DNA of 64,000 nt, taken from the NCBI GenBank assembly GCA_963812155.1, contig CAWETW010000001.1, forward strand, positions 64,001 through 128,000. Reading direction: 5' to 3'. Each line of letters starts with the position of its first letter. Within the stretch, counting starts at the first letter, position 1. This document shows, piece after piece, positions 41,904 to 51,750 of the stretch. This DNA comes from Vulcanimicrobiota bacterium. GTDB lineage: Bacteria > Vulcanimicrobiota > Vulcanimicrobiia > Vulcanimicrobiales > Vulcanimicrobiaceae. A program made the position numbers and the translations under genes. The notes under the pieces were generated by a model. The model did not search any database, had not been told where the DNA came from, and was given only the letters and a program-made list of their open reading frames with translations.

Positions 41904-41957
41904 TTTGTATCACCCTATTGACACAAACTGTTGCTTTGTATTAGACTCCTAATACAA
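41904..41957 (+). promoter_or_regulatory. Promoter (TTGACA 41918-41923, TAGACT 41942-41947) overlapped by two YtrA-type palindromic operators
   Basis: TTGTATTAG-actc-CTAATACAA (perfect, 41936-41957) and TTTGTATCA-ccctat-TGACACAAA (41904-41927). Confidence 0.75.
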
Positions 41958-42757
41958 TGGGTATTGAACACATCCCTAAAGAGGAACTGGCCCGCATCTT
42001 CACTGCGCTCACGCTGGGCCTGCTAGGAATCCTCGAGATCACCATGCCGAGCTGCTTCGGCAGCATTCGTTTCTATTTTCGCGGGGCGCGCGCGTGCCTT
42101 GGCCCCGACGAACGAGCGCGCTTGACGCGCGTCGTGGATGCGCGGGCCGGCGCCGAAGGAACGGACCCCTACACCCGTGTCGCCGGCATCTTTACCATCG
42201 TAATGGCGCTCGTCGCGCTGCTGCCGAGCGTACCGTACGTGCTCCCATATGCGGCCAGTTGCGCCGGGTTAGCAATCGGCGTGTTACTCGCGTACCTCCG
42301 TTTTCGCCGGACCACCGAACGGCGCGTCGCGCCGCTCACGCAGCGAAACCCATGGACGTCTCTGCCGCCGCTCGTCCTGGCATGTGCCGGGGTTTGCATC
42401 GTGGCCGCCGCATCGCTCGCCGTTTACCCGCAATACCGAATCGCCGCAATCGCCGCCGCGGCGTGCGGCATCGGTTTATGCGCCATCGCCTGGCGCGTCG
42501 CCATCGCACCGGCCATGCTGTTCGGCGACGATCCCCAGTTGGAGTATCTCGTCGACGAACACGTGCGATTCTGCCGCGCGACCGGTTTGGTGTCGCTGGC
42601 ATGCGCCCCGCCTACCGTGCTGGTGATTTTCGCCTGGTCGGAACTGCAAGTCGTACCGCCGGTGCTGCAGGCGATTACGATGGCCGTCGTCGCGGCATTC
42701 GCCGTCGTCATGATCTTTAGCATCAACCCGACGCGAAAGCGCATCATGGTCGCATGA
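41957..42757 (+). CDS. Hypothetical integral membrane protein
   Basis: About 7 hydrophobic segments; ATGA overlap with the GntR gene. Confidence 0.7.
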   Translation: MGIEHIPKEELARIFTALTLGLLGILEITMPSCFGSIRFYFRGARACLGPDERARLTRVVDARAGAEGTDPYTRVAGIFTIVMALVALLPSVPYVLPYAASCAGLAIGVLLAYLRFRRTTERRVAPLTQRNPWTSLPPLVLACAGVCIVAAASLAVYPQYRIAAIAAAACGIGLCAIAWRVAIAPAMLFGDDPQLEYLVDEHVRFCRATGLVSLACAPPTVLVIFAWSELQVVPPVLQAITMAVVAAFAVVMIFSINPTRKRIMVA

Positions 42758-43140
42758 CGACGTCGTATCTCGTCGTTGACGAGTCGTTGGAGACTCCGCC
42801 CTACCGGCAAATCGTCGAGCAGGTGCGCTCGTCGATCGAGCGCGGCGAACTGTCGCCGGAGATGCCGTTGCCGCCGGTGCGCCAACTCGCCGGCGATCTC
42901 GGCGTCGCCCCGAATACCGTCGCACGTGCCTATGCCGAACTCCAAGCGGAGGGCTGGATCGTCGCGGACGGCCGGCGCGGAACGCGCGTCGCTCCGCAAA
43001 TCGCCCGGCCGAGCGAAAAGGAACGGGCGCGAACGCTGCGCGACACGATCGAACGGTTCGTCATCTCGCTGCAGCATCGGGGCTTTACGTCGGAGGAGAT
43101 TTCACGCAGCCTGAGCGACCGCGTCGCCGGCAGCAGCTAG
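42754..43140 (+). CDS. GntR-family regulator (YtrA subfamily)
   Basis: PPYRQI, LPPVRQLAGDLGVAPNTVARAY; short C-terminal domain. Confidence 0.92.
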   Translation: MTTSYLVVDESLETPPYRQIVEQVRSSIERGELSPEMPLPPVRQLAGDLGVAPNTVARAYAELQAEGWIVADGRRGTRVAPQIARPSEKERARTLRDTIERFVISLQHRGFTSEEISRSLSDRVAGSS

Positions 43141-43161
43141 CAACTGACGGCCGCTGCGCTT

Positions 43162-43249
43162 CGGAGAGGGAGGGATTCGAACCCTCGGAACGCTTATCAC
43201 GTTCGCCCGCTTTCCAAGCGGGTACATTCAACCGCTCTGCCACCTCTCC
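43162..43249 (-). tRNA. tRNA-Ser(GGA)
   Basis: GGAGAGG acceptor stem, anticodon loop TTGGAAA, long variable arm, GGTTCGAATCC. Confidence 0.95.
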
Positions 43250-43371
43250 GCGAGGTAGGCGCGGGATTCGCCCGGCGCGCCGGTCATCCCGCCCGGGCGG
43301 CTGCAAGAGGAAACCGAATCTTGGGAAGAAGGGTTATCAGACCAACCCTCGGGTTGAAGAAAGGATCGATT

Positions 43372-43914
43372 GTGAGTACTGCAAGCCAGCCGTTTCTCAG
43401 CGACGTTAAAGAGCTGCGCCGGCGCGCCCGCGAGAACATCGAGCGCGGCGCCATTACCGATAGTTACGGCCTCGACTCGAACGTCGTCTGCGACATCTTG
43501 AATCAGGCGCTGGCGACCGAAATCGTCTGCGTGTTGCGCTACAAGCGACACTACTACATGGCAACCGGACTGAACAAGGACGCGGTCGCGGCCGAGTTTC
43601 TCGAACACGCCAACGACGAGCAGGGTCATGCCGACCGCATCGCCGAGCGCATCACGCAACTGGGCGGCGCGCCCGACTTCAACCCCAAAGGCCTCGCCGA
43701 GCGCAGCCATAGCGAATATCAGGAAGGCAACACGCTCGTCGAGATGATCAAAGAAGATCTCATCGCCGAACGCGTGGCGATCGAGTCCTACAACGAGATC
43801 GTAAAGTTCCTCGGCGACAAAGACACGACGTCACGGCGGCTGATGGAAGAGATCCTCGGGGTGGAAGAAGAGCACGCCAACGACATGCACGACCTCCTGC
43901 AGAAGGTGCAGTAG
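43372..43914 (+). CDS. Ferritin-like / bacterioferritin-like protein
   Basis: LATE, DEQGHAD, DLIAE and EEEHA di-iron pattern. Confidence 0.88.
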   Translation: MSTASQPFLSDVKELRRRARENIERGAITDSYGLDSNVVCDILNQALATEIVCVLRYKRHYYMATGLNKDAVAAEFLEHANDEQGHADRIAERITQLGGAPDFNPKGLAERSHSEYQEGNTLVEMIKEDLIAERVAIESYNEIVKFLGDKDTTSRRLMEEILGVEEEHANDMHDLLQKVQ

Positions 43915-43920
43915 CCTCGG

Positions 43921-45381
43921 TTACTCGCCTTGGGCGAGCGAGTATCCGCGCTCGCCGTTGAACGTGTAGAGTCCCTCGGTTTTGATGACGTCGAAACCCG
44001 CGCGGTCGGCGGCCTCGAGCAGTTTCACGACGTGCTGCGCCGTGAAGAGCTCGCTGCCGTCGGTTTCGAAGCGGCACGACCAGTGGTCGCTCCAGTACGT
44101 ATCGGGATTGGGGTCCGGCCAGACCTTCGTGCCGCGATTGCTGATGACGCTCAGTTTTGTGCCCGGCACCTTCAACAGATTCATCGCATCCGCGATGATG
44201 TCGGGGTTTCCGTCCCGGCGATCGATGAAGAGATCGACGCCGACGCGCATTTTCATCGGCGGCTTGCCGGCGGGTCGAATCGCCAGGTTCATGTGAACGC
44301 TCTTATTGTATTCGACCGGCGCGAGCTTCGCGGGAAGTTTTCCGATACGCTCGATCACGGCGTCGGCAAACTCGCGGGTGCCGACCTTGCGCTTCGAAAC
44401 GCCCTCGCGATAGATATCGTAGGTGTGGATGCCTTCCTCGATCGTACGGAGCCACGCGTTGTGCGCGCGCTCGGCGGCGTCAGGTTGCCCAACGTGCACG
44501 AGCATCAGTAGCGCGCCGTGAAGCAGGCCCGACGGATTCGCGAGATTCTGACCGGCGCGGCGCGGCGCCGAGCCGTGAATGGCCTCGAACATCGAGCAGT
44601 AGTCGCCGATGTTCGCCGAGCCGGCTAAACCGACCGACCCGGTGATCTGCGCGGCGACGTCGGAAAGCACGTCGCCGTAGAGATTCGGCATCACGATCAC
44701 GTCGAATGCTTCCGGCGTGTCGGCCATTTTGGCCGCGCCGATGTCGACGATCCAATGCTCGGACTCGATCTCGGGATACTCTAGGGCAATCTCGTTGAAC
44801 GTCCGGTGGAACAAGCCGTCCGTGATCTTCATGATGTTGTCTTTGGTGAAGCACGTGACTTTCTTACGGTTGTTGGCGCGCGCGTATTCGAACGCATAGC
44901 GCACGATGCGCTTGCTGCCGGGCCGCGAAATGAGCTTGAGGCACTGTGCGACCTGATTGGTCTGCCGGTGCTCGATGCCGCCGTAGACGTCTTCCTCGTT
45001 CTCGCGCACGATCACGATGTCCATGTTCGGGTGTTTGGTCGAAACGTACGGGTGGAGCGACGCGCAGGGGCGCACGTTGGCATACATCCCGAGCGTCTTG
45101 CGCACGGTGACGTTGAGGCTCTTGAAACCGCCGCCTTGCGGCGTCGTGATCGGCGCCTTGAGGAAGACCTTGGTCCGCCGCAGCGACTCCCACGACGACG
45201 GCTCGATGCCGTTACTGAGACCTTTGTGGTAAATTGCCTCGCCGATTTCGATGCGTTCCAGATCGAGCTGCGCACCGGCCTCGGTGATGATGCGCAACGT
45301 CGCGTCCATGATCTCGGGGCCGATGCCGTCGCCGTGGGCGACCGTGACCGGCACCTTCGTCGCAATAGCGGTGGTGCTCAA
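43921..45381 (-). CDS. icd: NADP-dependent isocitrate dehydrogenase
   Basis: GDGIGPEI, KSLNVTVRK, RENEED, NLYGD and FEAIHGSAP motifs. Confidence 0.95.
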   Translation of the reverse strand: MSTTAIATKVPVTVAHGDGIGPEIMDATLRIITEAGAQLDLERIEIGEAIYHKGLSNGIEPSSWESLRRTKVFLKAPITTPQGGGFKSLNVTVRKTLGMYANVRPCASLHPYVSTKHPNMDIVIVRENEEDVYGGIEHRQTNQVAQCLKLISRPGSKRIVRYAFEYARANNRKKVTCFTKDNIMKITDGLFHRTFNEIALEYPEIESEHWIVDIGAAKMADTPEAFDVIVMPNLYGDVLSDVAAQITGSVGLAGSANIGDYCSMFEAIHGSAPRRAGQNLANPSGLLHGALLMLVHVGQPDAAERAHNAWLRTIEEGIHTYDIYREGVSKRKVGTREFADAVIERIGKLPAKLAPVEYNKSVHMNLAIRPAGKPPMKMRVGVDLFIDRRDGNPDIIADAMNLLKVPGTKLSVISNRGTKVWPDPNPDTYWSDHWSCRFETDGSELFTAQHVVKLLEAADRAGFDVIKTEGLYTFNGERGYSLAQGE

Positions 45382-45422
45382 GATGTCCCTTCCTTAAGTG
45401 CGCCCGGTGGATTCGCCGCGCG

Positions 45423-47054
45423 CTAGCGGCTCCACTCCTGGGCGTTCCAGCTCTCGGTGGTGCCGTTCGGGACGAAGTTCCGCAAATCGGCGGCGTGCCC
45501 GTAGCGCAGCGATTGATAGTAGATAAACGCCCCCGGCGCGTCGCGCAGCAGCAGCGACTGAATCGTCGCGTACGCGCGCATACGGACCGCGCGGTCGAAG
45601 GTCGAAAGCGCGAGCCTTTGCGCGGCTTCCATCTCGCGCGAACAATATCGTGAGATATTATTTCCGGCGGGCGGCACGGCCGCACACGTCCATTGCGACG
45701 AGTCGTCGGGGTCGGATCCCGATATCCACGAGTACATGGCGAGGTCGAACTTCCCGCTGTTGAGGATTCCGCCGTTTTGCGCCGCGGCATAGAGCACGGC
45801 ATAGTCGTAACCCTTGAGTTCCAGCTCGACGCCGAGCGCTTTATACATTTGCTGCACCTGCGCCGTGACCGTTCGCACGAGTTGGCTGCCGTTACCGTAC
45901 GCTATTTGCAACGATAGCCGCTTGCCGTCGCGCACCCGCACGCCGTCGGGTCCCGGGTGCCACCCCGCCGCGTCCAGCAGGGCTTTCGCTCGCGTCAGCT
46001 CGTAGGGCACCGGCGCGAGCGACGCATCGAAGGCCCAGTAGAACGGCGAGAGATCCGCCACGGCGAGTTTTCCGGTGCCGTACGTGTCGTCGTGCACGAT
46101 CGCCGCGCGATCCATGCCGAGGACGAGCGCTTGCCGGACGCGGACGTCGTCGAGGGGCGGGCGCACCGTGTTGAAAAGGATCGCCGTATACGCGGGCGCC
46201 TCCGCGAGTTGCCTAACGAGCGCGGTGCCGCGGATAACGTCGCGATAGACGGGAGACGGTATCTCAATCGCAAGATCGACTTCGTGCGAAAGCAGCTGCG
46301 CGAGCGTCGTGTTATCGTCCGGTATGATCTTGATCGTCAGCTGTTTGAAGTGCGGCGCGCCGCGGAAGTAGTTGGGATTGGCACGCATGATGATGCGGTC
46401 GCCGCGTAACCAGCGGACGAACTCAAATGGTCCGGTGCCGATTGGTGCGGCATTGAACGGCACCTGGTTGAGGTTCGGATACTTCGCCAGCAAATGTGCC
46501 GGAAGTATCCGCAGGATGGTGTCGCTCTCGCCGAAGATCGTGTCGATGGCGGGAGCGAAGACGCGCTTCATATGCATGACGACGGTGTAGTCGTCGGGCG
46601 TATCCATCGAGGCGACTTGATCGTAGCCCCTGCGAGAAATGACGTTATTGTTTGAATTGAGGATCTCTCGCCAGGTAAACACCACGTCCTTACTGGTGAA
46701 CGGGGCACCGTCGTGCCACTTGACGCCGTGGCGCAAGTGATACGTGATCGTCAATCCGTTCTTGCTGATGCCTCCGTTTTGCTGCGTCGGGACGATGGTA
46801 GCCAACTCGGGAATTTGATGATGGTGCTGGTCTTGGGTGACCAACAGATCGAACGTCAAGCCGGCGAGAAAATTCTCGATCGCGTTCTGCGGCAGAATCG
46901 GATTGAGTTGCATGGGATTGATGTTGATTGCAATCCGAAGCTCGTCGCTCGACGCGGCGTTCTGCATGCCGCTGCGCGAACACGCGGCGGCCGCCGCGAG
47001 CGCCAACAGCGCGAAAAGACTAAGAAGCTTGCGCAACGCAGCGGAACTTTGCAT
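45423..47054 (-). CDS. Peptide ABC transporter substrate-binding lipoprotein (family 5)
   Basis: AACS lipobox, GVKWHDG, PIGTGPF, DVRVRQAL. Confidence 0.9.
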   Translation of the reverse strand: MQSSAALRKLLSLFALLALAAAAACSRSGMQNAASSDELRIAININPMQLNPILPQNAIENFLAGLTFDLLVTQDQHHHQIPELATIVPTQQNGGISKNGLTITYHLRHGVKWHDGAPFTSKDVVFTWREILNSNNNVISRRGYDQVASMDTPDDYTVVMHMKRVFAPAIDTIFGESDTILRILPAHLLAKYPNLNQVPFNAAPIGTGPFEFVRWLRGDRIIMRANPNYFRGAPHFKQLTIKIIPDDNTTLAQLLSHEVDLAIEIPSPVYRDVIRGTALVRQLAEAPAYTAILFNTVRPPLDDVRVRQALVLGMDRAAIVHDDTYGTGKLAVADLSPFYWAFDASLAPVPYELTRAKALLDAAGWHPGPDGVRVRDGKRLSLQIAYGNGSQLVRTVTAQVQQMYKALGVELELKGYDYAVLYAAAQNGGILNSGKFDLAMYSWISGSDPDDSSQWTCAAVPPAGNNISRYCSREMEAAQRLALSTFDRAVRMRAYATIQSLLLRDAPGAFIYYQSLRYGHAADLRNFVPNGTTESWNAQEWSR

Positions 47055-48288
47055 ACATGTACGGATAATCGCGATAGAACCAGTTGCGAAAACTGCGCCG
47101 CACCAGTTCGACGGCCGTTACCGGCGAGGCGCCTTTCATCACGTAGTGCTTACCGTCGAAAAAGTCGGCGGAATATTGCGGATACGATGCCATCGGCTCG
47201 AAGCCGGGAAACGGCGCGAACGGCGTTTGCGTCCACTCCCAGCCGTTGCCGATGAGGTCGCACACGCCCCAGGCGCTAGCACCGTCGGGATGTGCGTCGA
47301 CCGGCTCGGGGTCGAAACGTTGAAAGCCGAAGTTTCCGTGCCGGCGGCCGGGCGGCTCGTCACCCCACGGATGGGGCCGCTCGCCGGCGCCGGAGCCGAA
47401 GGCGGCACGGTGATACTCGGCCTCGCTGGGAAGCCGCATTCCCGCCCAAGCGGCATACGCTTCGGCCTGCGCGTGCGAAACGTACACCGGCCACGAATGT
47501 GGCAGCGGCAACTCTTCGAAAACTCCGCGCAGCCGCCATTCGCCGTCGTGCCGGATCCAAAACGGCGGCGGCTCGCCCCCCGCATCCACGAACGCGCGCC
47601 AATCGCCGTTGGTTACGGGAAACGTTGCAACGTCGAATGCCGGCACCGCGACTTCGTGGCGTCCGAACTCGTTGTCCCAGCCGAAGGCGAGGTCGGCGGG
47701 ATCGGCCCCCAGCGTTGCAATGCCTGCCGGAATCGAGCGCATGTCGAACGCCGGCGGTGCATGGTCGTCGAAGGTTTGCGCGACGCGGCGCTTCTTATCC
47801 GAATCCAGCCGATGCACGATGTAAGTCAGCGTTTCGTGGTGCATCTGTTCGTGCTCCAGCACGGTATACGCCGCTTGCCCCCGCACCAGGCGCGGTACCG
47901 ACGGGTCCTCGATGCGCGCGTGCGCGATCGCTCGCTCGACCCGCTCGTCGCAGGCGCGACCAAAGGCGGCGATTTCTTCGCGTGACGGCCAGTCGCTGCG
48001 TTGGTGACGCTTGGCGTCGTCGAGCGAGCCGGGATCGATGCCGCGTTCGAAGAGCCGCTCGAGGCGTTCGTCAAGCGGCCGTTCCTTCAAACCGCGCTCG
48101 TTGAGCGTGAAGAAACTGAACGCCGGAATGTGCCCTTCGTAAAACGCAAACGGGTGGCGCAGCGGAATCGGCCCCTCGTAAAACGCTTGGGGCGCGATCA
48201 GGTCGAAAAGCTCGGCCGAACGCGCGCGGTTGCGGCGGTACCAGTCGAGCAAAAAGGCGCGGTCGAGTTTTTCGATCGTTTGTTGCAT
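47020..48288 (-). CDS. EgtB/OvoA-like non-heme iron sulfoxide synthase (DinB_2 plus FGE-sulfatase domains)
   Basis: LRHPFAFYEGH, EHEQMHHE iron motif, FGWDNE, RLPSEAE, GNGWEWT, RRSFRNWF. Confidence 0.82.
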   Translation of the reverse strand: MQQTIEKLDRAFLLDWYRRNRARSAELFDLIAPQAFYEGPIPLRHPFAFYEGHIPAFSFFTLNERGLKERPLDERLERLFERGIDPGSLDDAKRHQRSDWPSREEIAAFGRACDERVERAIAHARIEDPSVPRLVRGQAAYTVLEHEQMHHETLTYIVHRLDSDKKRRVAQTFDDHAPPAFDMRSIPAGIATLGADPADLAFGWDNEFGRHEVAVPAFDVATFPVTNGDWRAFVDAGGEPPPFWIRHDGEWRLRGVFEELPLPHSWPVYVSHAQAEAYAAWAGMRLPSEAEYHRAAFGSGAGERPHPWGDEPPGRRHGNFGFQRFDPEPVDAHPDGASAWGVCDLIGNGWEWTQTPFAPFPGFEPMASYPQYSADFFDGKHYVMKGASPVTAVELVRRSFRNWFYRDYPYMYAKFRCVAQAS

Positions 48289-48314
48289 GGAATTGTCCTT
48301 GCCGGCAGTCTGCC

Positions 48315-49431
48315 TTACAGCGTTCCGCGCTTCTCCTGTTCGCGCTCGATGGAAACGAAGAGCGCTTTGAAGTTCCCTTTTCCGAACGAGAGACTGCCCT
48401 TGCGCTGAATGATCTCGAAGAACACCGTCGGCCGGTCCTGAAGCGGTTTGGTGAAGATCTGCAGCATGTAGCCCATGTCGTCGCGATCGACGAGAATCCG
48501 CTGTTCGCGCAGCATATCGATCGCCTCGTCGATGCGGCCCACCCGCTGTTCGAGCATTTCGTAATACGAATCCGGCGTGTCGAGAAATTCGACGCCGTTG
48601 GCGCGCAGCGCGCGAATCGTGGCGGCGATGTCGTCGGTGCGGATCGCCATGTGCTGGACGCCGGCGCCGCGATAGAAGTCGAGATATTCCTCGATTTGCG
48701 ATTTCTTCTTACCCTGCGCGGGCTCGTTGATCGGGAACTTCACGCGATGGCGCGCGTCGGTCATCACTTTCGAGCGCAGCGCGGTGTATTCGGTGGAGAT
48801 GTCCTTGTCGTCGAACGACACGAGTTGCGAAAAGCCGAAGACGCGCGCGTAGAAGTCGCCCCACGCGTCCATCTCGCCCCAGCCGACGTTGCCGACGCAG
48901 TGGTCGATGAAGAGCAGATCCGGCTTCACGGCCGCGTCAAGCGTCTTGCGCTGTTCGACGAAGCCGGGCATGAAGCGTCCCGCGATAGTTGCGGCGTTCG
49001 ACGAACGAATGCACGGTGTCGCCGTAGGTGGCGATTTTCGCCTGCAGGATGTGCCCGCTCCCGTCGCGCGACTCGACCGGTTCCTGGACGGCGCGAGCTC
49101 CGCCCGCGATCGCCGTGTCGAACGCGGCGCGCGCGTCTTCGACCACGATGGCAATGTCTTTGATGCCGTCGCCGTGTAGCGCGACGTGCCGCGCGATGTC
49201 GTCGTCGGGCAGCAAGCTGGCGGTAAGGAGGAAGCGCAGCTTATTCTGTTCGAGTAAGTAACTGACGCGATTTTTCACGCCCGTTTCCGGGCCGGCGTAC
49301 GCGATCTGATCGAAACCGAACGCCGACATGTAGTAGTGCGCCGCCTGCTTGGCGTTCCCGACGTAGAACTCGACGTAATCCCAATCGATCTCCGCCAGCG
49401 GATTGCTGCGCGATTCGGTCACCGTACTCAT
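48315..49431 (-). CDS. hppD: 4-hydroxyphenylpyruvate dioxygenase (frameshift near 48985)
   Basis: [28 protein letters not shown] and [19 protein letters not shown] motifs. Confidence 0.95.
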
Positions 49432-49495
49432 GCGCCTGGCCTTGGCGAGGCGCCCGAGGCGCCCCTGTTCGGCTGCGCGAAGAAGCGCGCCACGC

Positions 49496-50449
49496 ATGAA
49501 TTCACGCAGCGAGGCCGCGGCGCGGGCCGCATTCGAGGCACTCATTGACTACGCCGGCCTCTATCCGCCGGCCGAACTCGGCATTGATGCCGCCGTGGCC
49601 GAATACGGCGCGGCCGGCGCGAGCGCGGCGGCGTGGATGCTCGGGCGCTTCATTGCCGGCACGCCGCAAATCGCAGGCGTCGTCTCCGCCTGGAGGGCGC
49701 GCGGTACCGGCGACGCCCTTCGGCTTTCGGTCATCGCCGCGGTGGAACGCGATGCGCGACGCTGGTTCGACTCGCTGCGCGGCGCGCTCGATGCGATCGT
49801 GACGTTGCGAACCGAGCCGGGCGTCGTGGTGGAAGCGCTCGAGATTCCGCTCGCGGCGCCGGTCAGCACGCGTGAGACCTTCGAAGCGCCGATCGCGCAG
49901 TTGCGGGCGGCCCTGGATCGCGCGAATCTCGGCGACCTCCCGGTCTACGTCGAACTTCCGGAGCATTCGCGCCGCGAGGAACTCCTGCCGCAGGCGATGG
50001 CGGCGCTTGCACGGGTGCACTTGCGTGCCAAGCTTCGCTGCGGCGGCATCGTCGCGGAAGCGTTTCCGAGCGTCGACGCGGTTGCCGGATTCATCGCGAC
50101 GGCGGCGGCCGAGCGCGTCGCGTTCAAAGCGACGGCGGGGCTGCACCATCCCGTGCGCCATCTCAATGCCGCGACGGGCTTCGTGATGCACGGGTTTCTG
50201 AATCTGCTGGCCGCCGCAACGTTTGCGCCGGCGTCGAGTGCCGACGAACTGCGGCTCATCGTTGCCGAAGAAGATCCGCGGGCCTTTGCCATCGGCGAAT
50301 CCGGCTTTGCATGGCGAGACCGGCGCGCGGGCCTCGACGAACTCCGGCGCGCGCGCGCGCAGGCGTTCGTGGGATACGGAAGTTGCAGTTTCAGCGAGCC
50401 GGTCGACGATTTGACGGCACTGGGCATGCTGCCGGCCGCACTCGCGTGA
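49496..50449 (+). CDS. Conserved hypothetical protein coupled to fahA
   Basis: LIDYAGLYPPA, AKLRCGG, FKATAGLHHP, MHGFLN and GSCSFSEP motifs; GTGA overlap with fahA. Confidence 0.75.
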   Translation: MNSRSEAAARAAFEALIDYAGLYPPAELGIDAAVAEYGAAGASAAAWMLGRFIAGTPQIAGVVSAWRARGTGDALRLSVIAAVERDARRWFDSLRGALDAIVTLRTEPGVVVEALEIPLAAPVSTRETFEAPIAQLRAALDRANLGDLPVYVELPEHSRREELLPQAMAALARVHLRAKLRCGGIVAEAFPSVDAVAGFIATAAAERVAFKATAGLHHPVRHLNAATGFVMHGFLNLLAAATFAPASSADELRLIVAEEDPRAFAIGESGFAWRDRRAGLDELRRARAQAFVGYGSCSFSEPVDDLTALGMLPAALA

Positions 50450-51744
50450 TCGACGCACGCGAAACGACGTCGCCCGAGCTGGAGTCGTGGCTCGACGTCG
50501 AGCCCGGCAGCGACTTTCCGATTCAAAACCTGCCGTTCGGCATTTTCGTCCGCGACCGCGAGACGACCGGGCGCATCGGCGTCGCGATCGGCGACCGCAT
50601 CCTCGATCTGCGCGCGGTAGCGGAGAGCGGCTTGCTCGACGAGGCGTGCGAACGGCGCCTGCTCGAGCGGCAGCGTCTCAACGCGCTGTTCGCGCGCGGC
50701 CGGGAAACGTTGAGCGCGCTGCGCCGCCGCATTTCAATGCTGTTGCGCCGCGACGGCGACCCCGCGCTGCGTCTCGCCAACGCCGATTTCTTTTTCGTGC
50801 CGCGCGACGGGACGCGCATGCTGATGCCGGTCGAAGTGGGCGATTACGTCGACTTCTACTCGTCGCTCGAACATGCGACCAACCTCGGACGGCTGTTCCG
50901 GCCCGACGCCGAGCCGCTGCTGCCGAACTGGCGCTGGATGCCGATCGGCTACCATGGCCGTTCGGCGACGATCGTCGCCGGCGGCACGCCGATCGTGCGG
51001 CCTTCCGGACAGCGCAAGCCGAAGGACGCATCCGTGCCGGTCTTCGGCGCATCGACGATGCTCGACATCGAACTCGAAGTCGGCTTCATCGTCGGCCGCG
51101 GCAATGCGCTCGGTATGCCGATCCCGGTCGATGCGGCACTCGACCACGTGGCCGGATTCGTGCTCGTGAACGACTGGAGCGCGCGCGACATTCAGGCGTG
51201 GGAATATCAGCCGCTCGGGCCGTTCCTGGGCAAATCGTTCGCGACGACGATCTCGCCCTGGGTGGTCACCCTCGACGCGCTCGAGCCGTTTCGCGTCGCA
51301 AGCCCCGCGCAACAGCCGCCGCCGCTGCCGTATCTTCGCGCCGAGCAGCCGGGAGGGTACGACATACAATTAGCGGTCGACTTGCAAACCGCGCGCATGC
51401 GCGAAGCGGGAATCGCCGCACACACGATCTCGCGCACGAACTTCAGCGGCATGTACTGGAACCCAGCGCAGCAGCTCGCGCACGCAACCGTGAACGGAGC
51501 CCGCACGCGCGCCGGCGACCTCTTCGCTTCGGGCACGATCTCAGGCCCAACGCCCGAGAGTTACGGGAGCCTCATCGAACTGACGTGGCGCGGCGAGCGG
51601 CCCATCGAACTCCCCGACGGCGAGCGGCGCGCGTTTCTGAGCGATGGCGACGAAATTACTTTGCGAGGCTGGTGCGAAAAACGCGGCGCGCGGCGCATTG
51701 GATTCGGCGCCGCGCGCGGACGTATCGAGCCTACGATAGGCTAA
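50446..51744 (+). CDS. fahA: Fumarylacetoacetase
   Basis: DFPIQNLPFG, DFYSSLEHATN, DIELE, NDWSARDIQAWEY and SGTISG motifs. Confidence 0.96.
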   Translation: MIDARETTSPELESWLDVEPGSDFPIQNLPFGIFVRDRETTGRIGVAIGDRILDLRAVAESGLLDEACERRLLERQRLNALFARGRETLSALRRRISMLLRRDGDPALRLANADFFFVPRDGTRMLMPVEVGDYVDFYSSLEHATNLGRLFRPDAEPLLPNWRWMPIGYHGRSATIVAGGTPIVRPSGQRKPKDASVPVFGASTMLDIELEVGFIVGRGNALGMPIPVDAALDHVAGFVLVNDWSARDIQAWEYQPLGPFLGKSFATTISPWVVTLDALEPFRVASPAQQPPPLPYLRAEQPGGYDIQLAVDLQTARMREAGIAAHTISRTNFSGMYWNPAQQLAHATVNGARTRAGDLFASGTISGPTPESYGSLIELTWRGERPIELPDGERRAFLSDGDEITLRGWCEKRGARRIGFGAARGRIEPTIG

Positions 51745-51750
51745 GGCGCG

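Noticed and set aside
43085..43306. Small ORFs over tRNA genes (also 59752..59949)
   Set aside because: They are translations of tRNA sequence
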